Source: Paraspadella gotoi (taxonomy: Eukaryota > Animalia > Chaetognatha). Taken from it: a DNA stretch of 23,360 bases. Within the stretch, counting starts at the first letter, position 1; each line of letters begins with the position of its first letter. Both the position numbers and the translations under genes were made by a program. Positions 21,457 through 23,360 of this stretch are shown here, piece after piece. The DNA lies in assembly GCA_051294375.1 (NCBI GenBank), contig JBJCIZ010000009.1, positions 1 to 23,360 of the forward strand, given 5' to 3'. Under the pieces are notes generated by a model, which worked only from the letters and a program-made list of their open reading frames with translations, did not search any database and was not told where the DNA came from.

Positions 21457-21679
21457 TTTTTTTTTTTTTGGTTCATGTGGATAAGGCGCTAAGTGGGCAG
21501 AAGATGACTATCCGTAACTTCTATAACCCCCTCTAGCAGACATGGAACGGGTCCTGGGCTTGGAACCAAGGCGGCTTACGGCCGTCCTCACTCTTCCCGC
21601 AGGGTAGGTACCGGGTTGGGATTGAACCCGGTACCTAGTGGTCATGAGCTGATGGCTTTACTCAATGAGCCACCGGGTC
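21457..21679 (-). mobile_element. tRNA-derived SINE (~223 bp) with A13 tail
   Basis: Minus strand starts GACCCGGTGGCTCATTGAGTAAAGC (A box), contains GGTTCAATCCC (B box) and a GC-rich body, and ends in poly(A) (21457-21469). Confidence 0.8.
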
Positions 21680-22094
21680 ACAACTGAAAGAGTCATGCTT
21701 ATAGGCGGGGTGAACCTAGGCAATGCCCGACTACATACATTTTTTAAAAATTAATGGATAATTTTTATATTGGTTGTACCAATTTAACATACTATTTTTT
21801 TAATCATTTGTTCTTTTTTTACACGATTTTCTTCCTTTTCTTGTTATATTTGTTTGTTCAGTTTCTTTTATTATTTAGTTTTGATTCTATGGATATAATA
21901 AAAAATTTAAAATTTGAATAGTCGATTATGTACGGGTTTGTATCTGTAAACATTTTTAAATAAGAAAACATTTTTAAAAATTTTTCTATTTTGGTAATAG
22001 CCGATACTTTTACAAAATACCGATAACAAAAAAATGTCAAAAATTTATAATACAGATTCGAATTTCTTATGCTGTTGATAGAAGGCAATACAAC

Positions 22095-23360
22095 TTTTTA
22101 GTCGGATCTGCTTATCAGCAGATCCCGACTCTATAATTCACTTTGTCGGTCCGTCGGTCCGCCCCCTCAATATTGTCGGGCACTAACTTATATCATGTCA
22201 GAACATCGAATTATGATAAATTATGCAAAAAAAATGATGTCCGTCCATCCGTCCATCCGTCCATCCGTCCCACCTTAGCAAAAAATACCAATTACTCGTG
22301 ATTGGATGGATGGATTTGAATGAAATTTTGTGTGTGGGTAGGGAAGTGTGTGACAACTCGTTAACCCAATATTATCAATTATGCAGCCATTTGGTACTCA
22401 GAAGGTTCAGTTACAATGTGAATTACCGTCATTTCCCTGTGAGAAGATTAACAAGGTCCAATCGAGAGAGAGATTGTTTAAAATCAATAATATTTTTTTT
22501 CGCCTCGGTGGAACTCTCTTCAGCTTTTAGCTTGCATTGCGTCATAAACTTCAATGGAATCGTCCGAGTGGAAATGAGTAAAATGGAAAAACAAAAAAAT
22601 ATAATCATTATTTGAACACCAATTGCTCATGAGTGGATGGGGCGATTGACCTGGAATTTGTATGTGAGTAGGAAAGTGTGTGATTGAAGCGGGAATCAAG
22701 TTTTGATGGAATCGTTTGAGTGGAAATGAGTTTAAATGGAAAAAACCAAAAACCTTGTTTCACTATATTGATTTAATTTTTTTCTTTTATATTAAATGTA
22801 TATGCAGGATGTATTAATAAATCAAATAATTAATCAGTTAATTAATCAATTTAGTCAATTGATTAATCACTAATTATTTAATCAGTCAATCAATCCGTTC
22901 ATCCATTCCACCTTAGCAAAAAGCCCCAATAACTCGTGATTGGCTGGTTGGATCGGAATGAAATTTTGTGTATGGGTAGGAACATGTGTGATGAAGCTGG
23001 ATATAAAAGTTTTGACGGAATCGTGTGATGGTGGATATGAGTTTAAATGGAAAAAACATAAGTCACATTTACTAAAATCTTTTACTTATTTTAACCAATA
23101 AATACTCTAATTAATTATAATTGGATGGTAGATTGAGATGAAATTTTGTGAGCGGGAAAGAAAGTTTGTGTGAAGAAGCAAGATATAAAGTTTTGACGAA
23201 TTGTGCCAGTGGAAATGCGTTTTAAATGGAAAAAATATAAGTCACATTTACTTTATTTTAAGGACATCGATGATGATAAGCTGTATATAAATTTATAATT
23301 AATTATTAAATATTAAAATTAATTAATTAATTATTTAATTAATTAATTTTCGGTAGACAT
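22095..23360 (+). mobile_element. Helentron/DINE-1-like non-autonomous repeat with about four internal repeat units
   Basis: T-run then hairpin AGTCGGATCTGCT-TATC-AGCAGATCCCGACT, GTCC/ATCC microsatellite (~22239-22270), and recurring GAAATTTTGTG...GTGTGA...GGAAATGAGT..AAATGGAAAA units at ~22320, 22655, 22960 and 23140. Confidence 0.6.

Overview
AT-rich eukaryotic (probably invertebrate animal) genomic DNA made mostly of nested mobile elements. From left to right: (i) a frameshifted Ty3/Gypsy integrase on the minus strand, cut off at an AGTAGT motif followed by 148-bp tandem repeats (possible Polinton/Maverick end); (ii) a second, divergent Gypsy-like element (LTR, tRNA-Leu-like PBS, gag-protease) cut off just before RT at another AGTAG motif; (iii) a Polinton/Maverick (adintovirus-like) fragment with a coiled-coil ORF, a packaging ATPase and a truncated PW-like gene; (iv) a family of tRNA-Lys-primed LTRs, one joined to an almost complete CCA-ended, 5'-truncated tRNA-Lys(CTT) copy plus a poly(T/A) tract, which looks like a fossil reverse-transcription intermediate; (v) an orphan ~434-aa ORF with a duplicated coiled-coil, split by an assembly gap; (vi) exons of a minus-strand host gene with Cys-rich repeats, whose 3.1-kb intron holds a CsRn1-type Gypsy gag-pro-RT fragment with a -1 frameshift signal; (vii) a tRNA-derived SINE, MITE-like palindromes and a Helentron/DINE-1-like repeat. 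All family calls come from motif recognition by eye; no database search was run.
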